Shown here: in pieces, positions 1 through 9,549 of the stretch | Position numbering within the stretch: the first letter of the stretch is position 1 | Layout: the number at the start of each line of letters is the position of its first letter | Assembly: GCA_965248835.1 (NCBI GenBank) | Contig: CBDFLJ010000002.1 | Coordinates: 1,952,001-2,016,000, forward strand | Origin: Alphaproteobacteria bacterium | GTDB taxonomy: Bacteria; Pseudomonadota; Alphaproteobacteria; MPNO01 | Direction of reading: 5' to 3' | Length of the DNA stretch: 64,000 nt | Notes under the pieces: generated by a model | Told to the model about the DNA's origin: nothing | Seen by the model: only the letters and a program-made list of their open reading frames with translations | Database searches by the model: none | Position numbers and translations under genes: made by a program

Positions 1-30
1 TCTTCGTCTTCGTCTTCGTCTTCGGCTTCG
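1..30. repeat. TCTTCG hexamer tandem repeat (4 perfect + 1 variant copy; encodes KPKTKTKTK linker)
   Basis: Directly visible; may continue beyond the window edge. Confidence 0.8.
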
Positions 31-379
31 GCGGCGCGATCGGCTCCTCGCGGCCGGGCATCAGGTGTTCGACCTTTTTCTCGGCCGGGCCGGCGGCGAT
101 GGTCTCATAGACTTCCTTGTCGCGATCGGGTACCGCCATGCCGCCGGGCGAATCCGGGCGCACCTTGTAGGCGCCTGCCTGCGGCTTGAGCACCACCGGG
201 GCGGCACCGGCGGAATGCTCCTGGCTCTTGTTGTAGGCATAGATCAGGACCGCGCCGAAGGCGGCCAGCGCGACCACCGCGAAGCCGCCCGCCAGTGCGC
301 GGCGGATTATCCGGTACGCGGGGCGGCGCGGCGCGCCGATCCCGGCCTCGTTCATCGCCGTGTCGGCGCTCCTTGCCAT
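1..379 (-). CDS. SPOR-domain/FtsN-like cell division protein, N-terminal part (runs off window)
   Basis: Not in ORF track. Manual translation from the ATG overlapping the argS stop (TGATG) gives MARSADT..., one TM helix (GGFAVVALAAFGAVLIYAY), KVRPDSPGGMAVPDRDKEVY and a P/K/T-rich linker. Canonical position downstream of argS in alphaproteobacteria; the SPOR domain itself is outside the window. Confidence 0.75.
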   Translation of the reverse strand, partial: MARSADTAMNEAGIGAPRRPAYRIIRRALAGGFAVVALAAFGAVLIYAYNKSQEHSAGAAPVVLKPQAGAYKVRPDSPGGMAVPDRDKEVYETIAAGPAEKKVEHLMPGREEPIAPPKPKTKTKTK

Positions 380-2115
380 CAGCGCATCTCCTCGACCGGG
401 GCGACCCCCATGATCTCGAGCCCCGATTCAATAACGATCGCCGTCGCCCGCACCAGCGCCAATCTCGCCTCGGTGATCTTGCGGTCCTCGGCGATCAGGA
501 ACCGGCGCCGCCCGTCCACGTTGCCCTTGTTCCACAGCCCGTGGAAGGACGCGGCGATGTCCGACAGGCAATAGGCGATCCGATGCGGCTCGAAGGTTTC
601 GGCCGCGGTCTCGACCACGCGCGGCCAGCCGGCCAGGATCCTGACCAGCGCCATCTCGTCCTTGTCCTCCAGGACATCCAGCGCGGCTTTGGCCAGCGCG
701 GCATCCGAAAGGTCTGCCCCGGGGAACGCTTCGGCCGCGTTGCGCAACACCGAACAGGCGCGCGCATGGGCGTACTGGACGTAAAAGACCGGGTTGTCCT
801 TCGACTGTTCGACGGCCTGCGCCAGATCGAAGTCCAGGGCGGCTTCGTTGCTTCTGGTCAACATGATGAACCGGACCACATCCCTGCCGACACGCTCGAC
901 CACCTCGCGCAGGGTGACGAACGTCCCGGCTCGTTTGGACATTTTGACCGGCTCGCCTGCCTCGGAAAGATTGACGAGATTGCAGATCATCACATCGAGC
1001 CGCGCGGTGCCTTCGCCGAGAGCCTCGACGGCGGCCTGCATGCGCTTGACGTAGCCCTTGTGGTCGGCCCCCCAGACATCGATCAGGATGGGAAACCCGC
1101 GCGCGATCTTGTCCTTGTGGTAGGCGATGTCGCCGGCGAAATAGGTCCAGGCGCCGTCCGACTTGCGGATCGCACGGTCGACGTCATCCCCGAAGGCGGT
1201 GGACCGGAACAGGGTCTGCGGGCGCGGTTCCCAGTCTTCGGGCGTCTTGCCCTTGGGCGGTTCGAGGACACCGACATGGATCAGGCCGCGCGCCTGGAGG
1301 TCGCCCAGTGCGTCGTCCACCGCGCCCGAGGCGGCGAGCGTGCGCTCGGAGGTGAAGACGTCATGGACGATGCCGATCGCGGCAAGGTCGTCCTTGATCA
1401 ATCGCATCATTTGATCGACAGCGAACAGGCTCAGCGCCAGCAGCCATTCGGCCTCCGGTACGGCGAGCCAGCGCTTGCCGTCGCGTTCCAGGAGCGCGTT
1501 TGCGGTCTCGATCAGGTAGGCGCCGGGATAGAGCCCCTCGGCAAGCGGGCTCGCGGGCTCGCCGGCGGCCTCGCGATAGCGGTGGTGGAGCGAGCGCGCA
1601 AGGGCTTCGATCTGCGCACCGGCATCGTTGACGTAGTATTCGCGGGTAACGGTGAAGCCGACCTTGGCCAACAGCGCCGCCAGGGCATCGCCGACGACCG
1701 CGCCGCGGCCGTGGCCGACATGCATCGGTCCGGTCGGATTGGCCGAGACATACTCGATGTTCACCCGTCGGCCCTCGCCGATCCGGGACTCGCCGTAGCA
1801 TGTTCCCGAGCGCAGAATGTCGGCCAGTCGGTCGCGCCAGAACGCGGCGCGCAACCGCAAATTGACGAACCCGGGCCCGGCGACGCTGGCTTCGAGCACC
1901 TCGGGAAGACCGGCCAGCGCGGTGCTCAATACCTCGGAGACCTCGCGCGGCTTCCGGCCGATGTCCTTGGCGTGAACCAACGCCGCATTGGTCGAGATCT
2001 CGCCGTGGCCGGGATCGCGCGGCGGTTCGACCGAGAAGCGAGCGCCGCCCGGCGGCGCACCCATCTTCTCGATCTCTACACGAATGATATCCTTGAACGT
2101 ATTGAAAACATTCAT
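379..2115 (-). CDS. argS: Arginine--tRNA ligase
   Basis: EYVSANPTGPMHVGHGR HIGH-like motif, KMSKRAG, NPVFYVQYAHAR. Confidence 0.97.
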   Translation of the reverse strand: MNVFNTFKDIIRVEIEKMGAPPGGARFSVEPPRDPGHGEISTNAALVHAKDIGRKPREVSEVLSTALAGLPEVLEASVAGPGFVNLRLRAAFWRDRLADILRSGTCYGESRIGEGRRVNIEYVSANPTGPMHVGHGRGAVVGDALAALLAKVGFTVTREYYVNDAGAQIEALARSLHHRYREAAGEPASPLAEGLYPGAYLIETANALLERDGKRWLAVPEAEWLLALSLFAVDQMMRLIKDDLAAIGIVHDVFTSERTLAASGAVDDALGDLQARGLIHVGVLEPPKGKTPEDWEPRPQTLFRSTAFGDDVDRAIRKSDGAWTYFAGDIAYHKDKIARGFPILIDVWGADHKGYVKRMQAAVEALGEGTARLDVMICNLVNLSEAGEPVKMSKRAGTFVTLREVVERVGRDVVRFIMLTRSNEAALDFDLAQAVEQSKDNPVFYVQYAHARACSVLRNAAEAFPGADLSDAALAKAALDVLEDKDEMALVRILAGWPRVVETAAETFEPHRIAYCLSDIAASFHGLWNKGNVDGRRRFLIAEDRKITEARLALVRATAIVIESGLEIMGVAPVEEMR

Positions 2116-3318
2116 CTAATTTTCATCATATAAATCGAACAGACGGCGGTGCTCGTCCAACGCGAAACGGTCTGTCATGCCGGCGATGTAATCGGCGATA
2201 ACCCGGGCCAGCCCGTCCCCGTCCGAGGCCGCCGCTGCCCGCCGCCGCCATTCGGGGGGAAGGCAGTCGGGTTCATCGTGAAGGATGGCGAAAAGATCGC
2301 CGACCACGCGCCGCGCCTTCATCGTCATCCGGTTGACCTTCGAGTGGCGATACATGCGCTCATAGAGAAACGTTTTCAAGTGGAGGTTGGCCTCGGCCAT
2401 TTCCGGCGCGAAGGCGATGACCGGCCGGTCGAGCGAACGGACCGCATCGGCGGAGTCCGGCGCGTGTACGGCAAGGCGGCGGCGCGATTCCGCGGTCACG
2501 TCGCCGATCATGCGGTCGATCAGCCGCCGGACGGTCTCGTGGACCAGGCGTTGGCGCTCGATCTCGGGATGGCGGCCGCGGACCTCGGCGACGATCGGCC
2601 CGACCAGGGGCACCGCGCTCAGATCGTCCGGCTCAAACAGCCCGGCACGCAGCCCGTCATCGATGTCGTGGGCGTTATAGGCGATGTCGTCCGCAAGGGC
2701 GGCGGTTTGCGCCTCGGCGCCCGGCCATGTGGAAAGTTCGAGGTCGTGGAGCCGGTCGTACTCGGCGACGGCCCAGGGTAGATCCGCCGGCCCGCGGCCC
2801 CCGCCCAGCAGCGGGCCGTTGTGCTTGGCCACCCCTTCGAGGGTCTCCCAGGTCAGGTTCAGCCCGTCGAAGGCGGCGTAGCGGGCCTCGAGCGCGGTCA
2901 GCACGCGCAGCGTCTGGCCGTTATGGTCGAACCCGCCATAGGGTCCCATCGCCTGCCCGAGGGCATGCTCTCCGGCATGGCCGAACGGCGGATGGCCGAG
3001 GTCGTGGGCCAGCGCCAGCGCCTCGCTCAGGTCCTCGTCGAGCCCCAGCACACGCGCCAGCGAGCGGGCGATCTGGGCGACCTCCAGACTGTGGGTCAGC
3101 CGGGTCCGGTAATGGTCGCCTTCGTGATAGACGAAGACCTGGGTCTTGTGCTTCAGCCTGCGGAAGGCCGTCGAATGGATGATCCTGTCGCGATCGCGCT
3201 GATAGGCCGTCCGGGACCGGGTTTCTTCCTCACGGTGCCGCCGGCCCCTGGTGTCGTCTGGATGACAGGCATAACGGGCCAGCGTCCTGGACGCCGCGAA
3301 ACCGGGATCGGCGGTCAT
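2116..3318 (-). CDS. dgt: Deoxyguanosinetriphosphate triphosphohydrolase (HD domain)
   Basis: RDRDRIIHSTAFRRLKHKTQVF, RTRLTHSLEV, AHDLGHPPFGHAGE, DYIAGMTD; start set at MTADPG. Confidence 0.95.
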   Translation of the reverse strand: MTADPGFAASRTLARYACHPDDTRGRRHREEETRSRTAYQRDRDRIIHSTAFRRLKHKTQVFVYHEGDHYRTRLTHSLEVAQIARSLARVLGLDEDLSEALALAHDLGHPPFGHAGEHALGQAMGPYGGFDHNGQTLRVLTALEARYAAFDGLNLTWETLEGVAKHNGPLLGGGRGPADLPWAVAEYDRLHDLELSTWPGAEAQTAALADDIAYNAHDIDDGLRAGLFEPDDLSAVPLVGPIVAEVRGRHPEIERQRLVHETVRRLIDRMIGDVTAESRRRLAVHAPDSADAVRSLDRPVIAFAPEMAEANLHLKTFLYERMYRHSKVNRMTMKARRVVGDLFAILHDEPDCLPPEWRRRAAAASDGDGLARVIADYIAGMTDRFALDEHRRLFDLYDEN

Positions 3319-3438
3319 GCCGCCGACCCTACTCCGGCCGGCGGAACCAGGCAAACGAAACGGCCGGCCGCCGGCGGGTCTTCAACCCCGACGGGAAGCC
3401 GGCTTGACCGGCCCCCGCCTGCCGCCTAGATAAGCATC

Positions 3439-3807
3439 ATGGAACACGGCCTCGCATCCGGGACCGGACCGGCAAGTCCGGTGATCACGATCAGCAATTC
3501 CGCCGTCCAGCGGGTGCGTGCCCTTGCCAAGGCCGAGGGTGGAGACGGGCTGATGCTCCGCGTCGCGGTCGGCGGCGGAGGTTGCTCGGGCTTCCAGTAC
3601 AGCTTTTCCTTCGATGATGCCGTGGGCGGCGATGACCTGGTCTTCGAGCGTGACGGCGTGCGCGTGGTGATCGACGAGGTCTCGCTGGAGTTCCTCGCCG
3701 GCTCGGAGGTCGACTACGTCGAGGAGCTGGTCGGCGCCTATTTCTCCGTGCGCAATCCCAACGCGGCATCCACCTGCGGCTGTGGTGTTTCCTTCGCGGT
3801 GGGATGA
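3439..3807 (+). CDS. erpA: Fe-S cluster insertion protein ErpA (HesB/IscA family)
   Basis: GGGCSGFQY and NPNAASTCGCGVSF motifs. Confidence 0.93.
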   Translation: MEHGLASGTGPASPVITISNSAVQRVRALAKAEGGDGLMLRVAVGGGGCSGFQYSFSFDDAVGGDDLVFERDGVRVVIDEVSLEFLAGSEVDYVEELVGAYFSVRNPNAASTCGCGVSFAVG

Positions 3808-4580
3808 CCAAGGTCGCCACCTGGAACGTCAATTCGGTCCGTGCGCGCCTGCCGCGGGTGCTTGAGTGGCTGGACGAATTCAAGCCCGACATCGTGCTCG
3901 CCCAGGAGCTCAAGGCAACCGAGGAAACCTTTCCCCGCGCCGCGATCGAGGATGCCGGCTACAACGTCGCGATCTGCGGCCAGAAGAACTTCAACGGCGT
4001 GGGGATCTTTGCCAAGCAGCCGATCGAGGACGTCCGGATCGGGCTGCCCGGTGAGGATACGGACGACCAGGCGCGTTATATCGAGGCTTTCGTCGGCGAT
4101 CTTCGGGTCGCCTCGATCTACCTGCCCAACGGCAATCCCGCCCCCGGCGAGAAGTTCGACTACAAGGTCCGCTGGCTGGACCGCCTGGTCGCTCATACCA
4201 AGGCGCTGCTGCAGAACGAGGAGGCGCTGATCCTGGGCGGCGACTATAACGTCGTGCCCCAGGACGAGGACTGCTACGACCCCGCCGGCTGGGCCGATGA
4301 CGCGCTGTGCCGACCGGAAAGCCGCAGCCGGTTCCGCGCGATGGTCTATCTCGGCCTCACCGACGCCTACCGCGCCTTCAATCACGCGCCCAACAGCTAC
4401 AGCTTCTGGGACTACCAGGGCGGGGCCTGGCAGAAGGATTTCGGGCTGCGGATCGACCACCTTCTGCTTTCGCCCCAGGCAGCCGATCGGCTGGTCGCCT
4501 CGGGCATCGACCGCACCCCGCGCGGCAAGGAAAAGGCCTCCGACCACACCCCCGTGTGGTGCGGAATCGCCCCGGCCTGA
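3804..4580 (+). CDS. xth: Exodeoxyribonuclease III
   Basis: ATWNVNS, QELK, YLPNGNP, GDYN, GLRIDH, SDHTPV. Confidence 0.95.
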   Translation: MTKVATWNVNSVRARLPRVLEWLDEFKPDIVLAQELKATEETFPRAAIEDAGYNVAICGQKNFNGVGIFAKQPIEDVRIGLPGEDTDDQARYIEAFVGDLRVASIYLPNGNPAPGEKFDYKVRWLDRLVAHTKALLQNEEALILGGDYNVVPQDEDCYDPAGWADDALCRPESRSRFRAMVYLGLTDAYRAFNHAPNSYSFWDYQGGAWQKDFGLRIDHLLLSPQAADRLVASGIDRTPRGKEKASDHTPVWCGIAPA

Positions 4581-4650
4581 GGTCGCGGTTCAGACGGATT
4601 TGAGACTTGGCGCTCGAAGCAGGGCGGGGCGGCGACGCGCGGCGTATTCC

Positions 4651-6102
4651 TCACTCGCCGCGCGGCAGCTTGAGATCCTCGAGCGGCGGCAAGCCGTAGC
4701 TCTGCCAATCCGCGGCCACGCCGCGCAGCGTCTCCAGCGGCGGCAGGGAGATCCCCGGATACTGCCATTTGCGTGTGGCATCGATGACCACCTTCGCGCC
4801 GGGCGACTGCCCGCCCTCGGGCGCATCGGGCCCGAAGGACGACGGATCGAGCTCGACCGCGGCGGTATGGGGGATCACCCTCAGATCGGATTCCGGCCGC
4901 ACCCGCCAGGCCAGGACCCAGTCGCGCATGAACGGGTCCTCGATGTCGACATCATCGTCGGTCACCACGATCCATTTGAAATAGCTCATGCCCATATGCC
5001 CCATGGTGCCGAACACCGCCTGATCGACATGGCCGGCATACATTTTGTTGAGCGCGATCCATAGCGTCGCGGTGCAGCCTCCGGCTTCGAGTGCGTGGAC
5101 GGCGGTGATGCCGGGGATCCTGAGGTCATCGCTCAGGTGCTTCTTGAGGCCGGCCTCGAGCAGCGAGCGCTTGATCATGCTGCTTTCCGAGGGCGGAAGC
5201 TGGCTGATCACCCCCATCAGGATCGGGTCCTTGCGGTGCGTGATGGCGGTGACCCGGAATATCGGCGCCGCCCGCCCGCCCGCCATGTAGCCGGTGAACT
5301 CGCCGAACGGCCCTTCGGGCTCGAGCCCGTCGGTCAGCACCTCGCCCTCGATGACGATCTCGGCATGCGCCGGCACTTCGAGATCGACGGTCTCGCACCT
5401 GACCATCTGGATGGCTTCGCCGCGGATGCCGCCGGCCACCGCCAGCTCGTCGGCGCCGTAGCGCGCCGGCGCGACGACATACTGGACCGGATCGCCGCCC
5501 ATGAAGATCGCTGCGGGCATGTGGCGGCCCCGGCGCTTCCATTTCTCGTAATGGATCGCGCCGCCGCGGTCGGGCGCGCCGAACAGGATGCCGGTGGTGT
5601 TCCGGCTTTTGATCTGGCAGCGCCGGATGCCGATATTGCGCCGGCCGGTATCGGGGTCCTTGGTCACCCAGAGCGGGGTCAGGTAGGGGCCGGCATCCTT
5701 GCCCGGCGTCCAGATCGGGATCGGCAGCGCGTTGAGATCGACGTCATCGCCGGTGATGACCACCTCCTTGCACGGTCCGTCCTCGACGATAACCGGCTCG
5801 ATCGGATCGGCGATCCCGGCGATGACGCGCTCATGGATCGCAGCCGAAGTCGGTTCGCAGCCGAGCGCGGTCGCGATCATCTCGCGCGAGCTTGCAACCA
5901 CGCCGGCGACCACCCGCCCCCCGGCGTAGCCCTTGATGTTGCGGAAGCCGATGCCGTAGCGGTTCTCCTCCGACATCGCGCGGAAGATCATGCGGCAGAC
6001 CGCGGAGATCTCCCAATCCTTGTCGACTTCCTTGTCGACCCAGCGCATCATTCCGCGCTGTTCCAGAACCTGGAGATATGGACGCAACCCGTCGTAGCTC
6101 AT
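4651..6102 (-). CDS. UbiD-family prFMN-dependent (de)carboxylase
   Basis: DAGPYLT, RNIGIRR, VPAHAEIVIEG, EGPFGEFTGYM, VIDATRK; start at MSYDGLR. Confidence 0.9.
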   Translation of the reverse strand: MSYDGLRPYLQVLEQRGMMRWVDKEVDKDWEISAVCRMIFRAMSEENRYGIGFRNIKGYAGGRVVAGVVASSREMIATALGCEPTSAAIHERVIAGIADPIEPVIVEDGPCKEVVITGDDVDLNALPIPIWTPGKDAGPYLTPLWVTKDPDTGRRNIGIRRCQIKSRNTTGILFGAPDRGGAIHYEKWKRRGRHMPAAIFMGGDPVQYVVAPARYGADELAVAGGIRGEAIQMVRCETVDLEVPAHAEIVIEGEVLTDGLEPEGPFGEFTGYMAGGRAAPIFRVTAITHRKDPILMGVISQLPPSESSMIKRSLLEAGLKKHLSDDLRIPGITAVHALEAGGCTATLWIALNKMYAGHVDQAVFGTMGHMGMSYFKWIVVTDDDVDIEDPFMRDWVLAWRVRPESDLRVIPHTAAVELDPSSFGPDAPEGGQSPGAKVVIDATRKWQYPGISLPPLETLRGVAADWQSYGLPPLEDLKLPRGE

Positions 6103-6291
6103 CGCACTCCCCACCCGTTGCGCCGTTGCGCGAACAGCGTCCGGTATCAGGCATCGATGAACGCTAGTCGCACACATTCGTCCGGTTTTGTCCAGAAGCG
6201 CCGCAAGACCGGTCTCGCCGCGCCGGCTTGCGCACACCGCCGGCCATGCCGGCTGATCACTGCTCCAGTATCGGGGCAGGACAAACCACGC

Positions 6292-6323
6292 CAATGCATC
6301 CCCGGTGCATTGTTGGTGCATTG
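6292..6323. promoter_or_regulatory. Candidate operator CAATGCA-N7-TGCATTG plus a second TGCATTG half-site, between divergent ubiD-like and HDO genes
   Basis: Perfect 7-bp inverted repeat at 6292-6312; repeated half-site at 6317-6323. Confidence 0.45.
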
Positions 6324-6385
6324 ATCGTCTCGCCCCGCTCGGCTATGACCCCCTGGTCGGATACCGGTGGTTCGGGGGGCAGAGG

Positions 6386-7144
6386 ATGAGCGGCGCAACG
6401 ACACGGATCGGCAAGGACACCGCGGATGCGGTGGTCGGTCTCAGAGAGACTTGGCATACCAAGAACCACCCCTTCTACGTCGAGTTCCACCAGGGCAGGA
6501 TCGGGCTCGAGCCGATGGCGGCCTTGATGGCCCAGCACTATCAGCACGTGATCCGCGCGCTGCCGAGCTTCGGGCTCATCTACGCCAAGGCACCCGCCGA
6601 GGGCCGGCGGTTCATCCTGGAAAACCTGGCCGAGGAGGAAGGCTTGATCGCCGGTCCCGGCGAGGACCGCCAGCCCCACGAGCACACCGGGCTGATCTTC
6701 CGGTTCTGCCGTCATGCTGGCATGAGCGATGACGCGGTGCGCGCCACCGAGCAGCTCCCGGCCTGGCGCGCGCGCTCGTATTTCTATCTCAACACCGCCC
6801 GCGAGGAGCCGTTCCCGGTGATCGTCGCGATGCAGGCGACCCAGGAAGGCCAGCAGCCGGCGATCAACGGCGAGCGTACGCTGCCGGCCTTCGAGAAATA
6901 TCACGGGCTGGCGCAGGACCACCCGGCAGTCGAGTTTTTCGCCGAGCATTTCATCGCCGACGCCGACCACGCGGGCCGTCAGATCGAGCTGGTCGCCCGG
7001 CTGGTCGTCAACGAGGACCTGGCCGCCCGCGCGGTCGAGGTCGCCGAGGTCGCGGTGAAGACCCGCTGGGCCTGCATGAACGATATCTACCGGACGGCCG
7101 TGCTGGGCCAGACCGACCCGCTGCCCGAAGGGGTGGCCGCGTAG
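6386..7144 (+). CDS. Heme-oxygenase-like diiron (HDO; CADD/PqqC/TenA-fold) redox enzyme
   Basis: HPFY, ENLAEEEG...H, TQEGQ, EHFIADADH (HxxADxxH) ligand pattern. Confidence 0.8.
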   Translation: MSGATTRIGKDTADAVVGLRETWHTKNHPFYVEFHQGRIGLEPMAALMAQHYQHVIRALPSFGLIYAKAPAEGRRFILENLAEEEGLIAGPGEDRQPHEHTGLIFRFCRHAGMSDDAVRATEQLPAWRARSYFYLNTAREEPFPVIVAMQATQEGQQPAINGERTLPAFEKYHGLAQDHPAVEFFAEHFIADADHAGRQIELVARLVVNEDLAARAVEVAEVAVKTRWACMNDIYRTAVLGQTDPLPEGVAA

Positions 7145-7174
7145 AGCGTGCTCCGAACCGGTGCAGCCCTGAAT

Positions 7175-7489
7175 TCAGTCCCCTTCTGCGCTGCTCGGCG
7201 CGGCGTCCGGGTTCCATTGGCCCTTGCGCATGTGATTGATCTCGACCCGGTCGAACAGGCCGGCGGCGCGAAAGGGCTCGTTCTCGGAGAACGCCTCGGC
7301 CGCCGCGTGGGAAGCCACGTTGATGATCAGCACGCTGCCGATCCGGGTTCTGCCGTCCTCGGCAAGCAGTGCCCCTCCGAGGACCAGCCTGTCCTCGTGG
7401 GCATCGAGATAGGCGAAATGGGCATCGCGGGTCGCCGCGCGGATCGCCTCGCCTCCGGGCTTGTCGTGCTGATAGATGATGTAGAGCAT
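7175..7489 (-). CDS. YciI family protein
   Basis: DKPG...R...RDAHFAYL, GGALL, GSVLI, NEPF motifs. Confidence 0.85.
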   Translation of the reverse strand: MLYIIYQHDKPGGEAIRAATRDAHFAYLDAHEDRLVLGGALLAEDGRTRIGSVLIINVASHAAAEAFSENEPFRAAGLFDRVEINHMRKGQWNPDAAPSSAEGD

Positions 7490-7616
7490 CGCCGCTGCCC
7501 CGGATTGACTAGCACGGCCCAGGATCACAGGTCGTCGCGGATCCATCAAGCATTGACGTTGCCTACGCCCCGCCAATGACGACGGCGGCAAGACAACCAG
7601 ACGGGACGACGGAGCG

Positions 7617-8615
7617 ATGACGGCAGAGATCGGCGTGGTGTTCGACGGCTTCGACGATACCCGCGAGATGATGCGCCTGGCCCGGGCCGCCGAGGCCGCC
7701 GGCGCCGGAAGCCTGTGGATCGCCGAGCACATGGGCTATCGCGAGGCGATCACCGCCTGCGCGGCGATCGCGGTGGTGACCGAACGCATCCGTCTGGTCC
7801 CGACCGCTGTCAGCCCATATCTGTGGCACCCGACGCCGACGGCGATGGCACTGTCGACCCTGGCGGAGATCGCGCCTGGCCGGTGTGCGGTCGCGGTTTC
7901 GGTGGGCAACGTGATGAACCTCGCAGAGTCCGGGCAGGCGCCGGTGCGGCCGGTCGCCGCAATCGGAGGTTTCGTAAACGATCTCAGAGCGCTATGGGGC
8001 GGCACTGCGGTGAAAAGTGATGCGCCAACCTATCGGCTGGACGGCGCGCGAATGGATTTCACGACGCCCGAAACCATGCCGGTCTATGTCGCCTCGACCG
8101 GGTCGCAGGTGTTACGGCTGTCAGGCCGGATCGCCGACGGGGTGCTGCTGTCGGGCGGGCTGACGCTGGCCTCGACCCGGGCGTGTCTGGCCGAGGCCCG
8201 GGCCGGCCTGGACGCGGCCGGGCGCGATCCGGCGGCGCTGCGCCGGGCAAGCTTCATCTACTACTCGGTCTCCCCCGATGGCCGGGAGGCGGTCGAGGAC
8301 CTCAAGACCAAGCTCGCCTTCCTGTTTCGCAGCCCGCGGCACGCGGCCAACATCGCCAGCGCGGGACTGCCGATCGATCACGAGGCGATCATGGCGGCCG
8401 TGGCGCGGCGGGACCTCGACGGCGCGACGGCGTTGATCCCCGACGAGGCGATCGAGGCCTTCTGCGTCGGCGGGACGCCGGAGGCCTGCCGCACCCAGCT
8501 TGCCCGCTATGTCGAGGCCGGGCTCGACGAAGCGCTGCTCCAGATCAGCGGGACACCGCAGAACAAGGCGCTCGCGCTCAAGTTGATCGGCGCGTTCGCC
8601 CGGGACTTCGGCTGA
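7617..8615 (+). CDS. Luciferase-like (LLM) flavin/F420-dependent oxidoreductase
   Basis: SLWIAEH, TERIRL, PYLWHP, LSGRIADGV, GGTPEAC. Confidence 0.88.
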   Translation: MTAEIGVVFDGFDDTREMMRLARAAEAAGAGSLWIAEHMGYREAITACAAIAVVTERIRLVPTAVSPYLWHPTPTAMALSTLAEIAPGRCAVAVSVGNVMNLAESGQAPVRPVAAIGGFVNDLRALWGGTAVKSDAPTYRLDGARMDFTTPETMPVYVASTGSQVLRLSGRIADGVLLSGGLTLASTRACLAEARAGLDAAGRDPAALRRASFIYYSVSPDGREAVEDLKTKLAFLFRSPRHAANIASAGLPIDHEAIMAAVARRDLDGATALIPDEAIEAFCVGGTPEACRTQLARYVEAGLDEALLQISGTPQNKALALKLIGAFARDFG

Positions 8616-8618
8616 GGC

Positions 8619-9521
8619 TCAGGCGGTGATCAGGCCGCAGCGGCGATAAGCCTCCACCGCGCCGGGATGCAGCGCCACGCCGTCGATCTCCAACCCGGCC
8701 GCGCCCTGGCTGCGCAGCGGCGCGAACAGCGCGCCCAGGCCGACGAACAGCGGGTTGAGGACAGCCAACTCCTCGTGGTGGCTGGCCATCAACCCGGCAA
8801 GAGCGCCCACGATCGCATCGGGGGTGCGCGCGTGCGTTGCGATCACGTTCAGCACGCCGATCTGCGGGCTGTCGCGGTCATGCCCGCGCAGAGCGCCGGC
8901 CCGCACCTGCGCCGGGCGGTAGAAAGGGACAGCACCGATCAGTCGGTCGAGCTGGCCGGGGCCGTAGTCGAGCACCCTGATATCGGCGGTATCGGCAAGC
9001 TCGGTCATCACGGCGTTGGGGATCGGACACTGGAACTGGACATCGATATCGCCTCGGGCGAGCGCTGCGGCGCCATCGGCGAAGTTCAGATGGACGACCT
9101 CGAACGCGTCGAACCCGATGCCCAGGACCCCGAACATGGTGGCGACGTGTTGCGCCATGCCGCCCACCTCCGGGCCGATCGAGACCCGCTTGCCGCGGAG
9201 CTGATCGACCGTCTCGATGCCCGACTCGGCCTTGGCGATGAAAAACATCGGGCCGGAATTCGCCGGTGAAACCATGCGCACCGCGATCGGGTGGCCGAAC
9301 GGCGCCTCTCCCCGGGCAGCGCGGCCGATCCAGTTGGCCGCGAGGAAGCCGAACGCGATCTCGCCCGATTCCAGATGCTCGGCGTTGCCGACGCTCGCCG
9401 CCGGGTTCGCGTGGACCACGACGTCCTCGAATATGCCTTCGCGCATGGCGATCGTGCCGATGGCTGTCGCTTCGGTATAGAAAGTCCCGTTCACTTCGGA
9501 GGTCCCGATGGTGATCGCCAT
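8619..9521 (-). CDS. TAXI-family TRAP solute-binding-like protein (no signal peptide)
   Basis: ITIGT..NGTFY, ASVGN, LRGKRVSIGPEVGG, LHPGAVEAY. Confidence 0.8.
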   Translation of the reverse strand: MAITIGTSEVNGTFYTEATAIGTIAMREGIFEDVVVHANPAASVGNAEHLESGEIAFGFLAANWIGRAARGEAPFGHPIAVRMVSPANSGPMFFIAKAESGIETVDQLRGKRVSIGPEVGGMAQHVATMFGVLGIGFDAFEVVHLNFADGAAALARGDIDVQFQCPIPNAVMTELADTADIRVLDYGPGQLDRLIGAVPFYRPAQVRAGALRGHDRDSPQIGVLNVIATHARTPDAIVGALAGLMASHHEELAVLNPLFVGLGALFAPLRSQGAAGLEIDGVALHPGAVEAYRRCGLITA

Positions 9522-9549
9522 TTCGTCTCTCCCTGCTTACCGCGCCATT

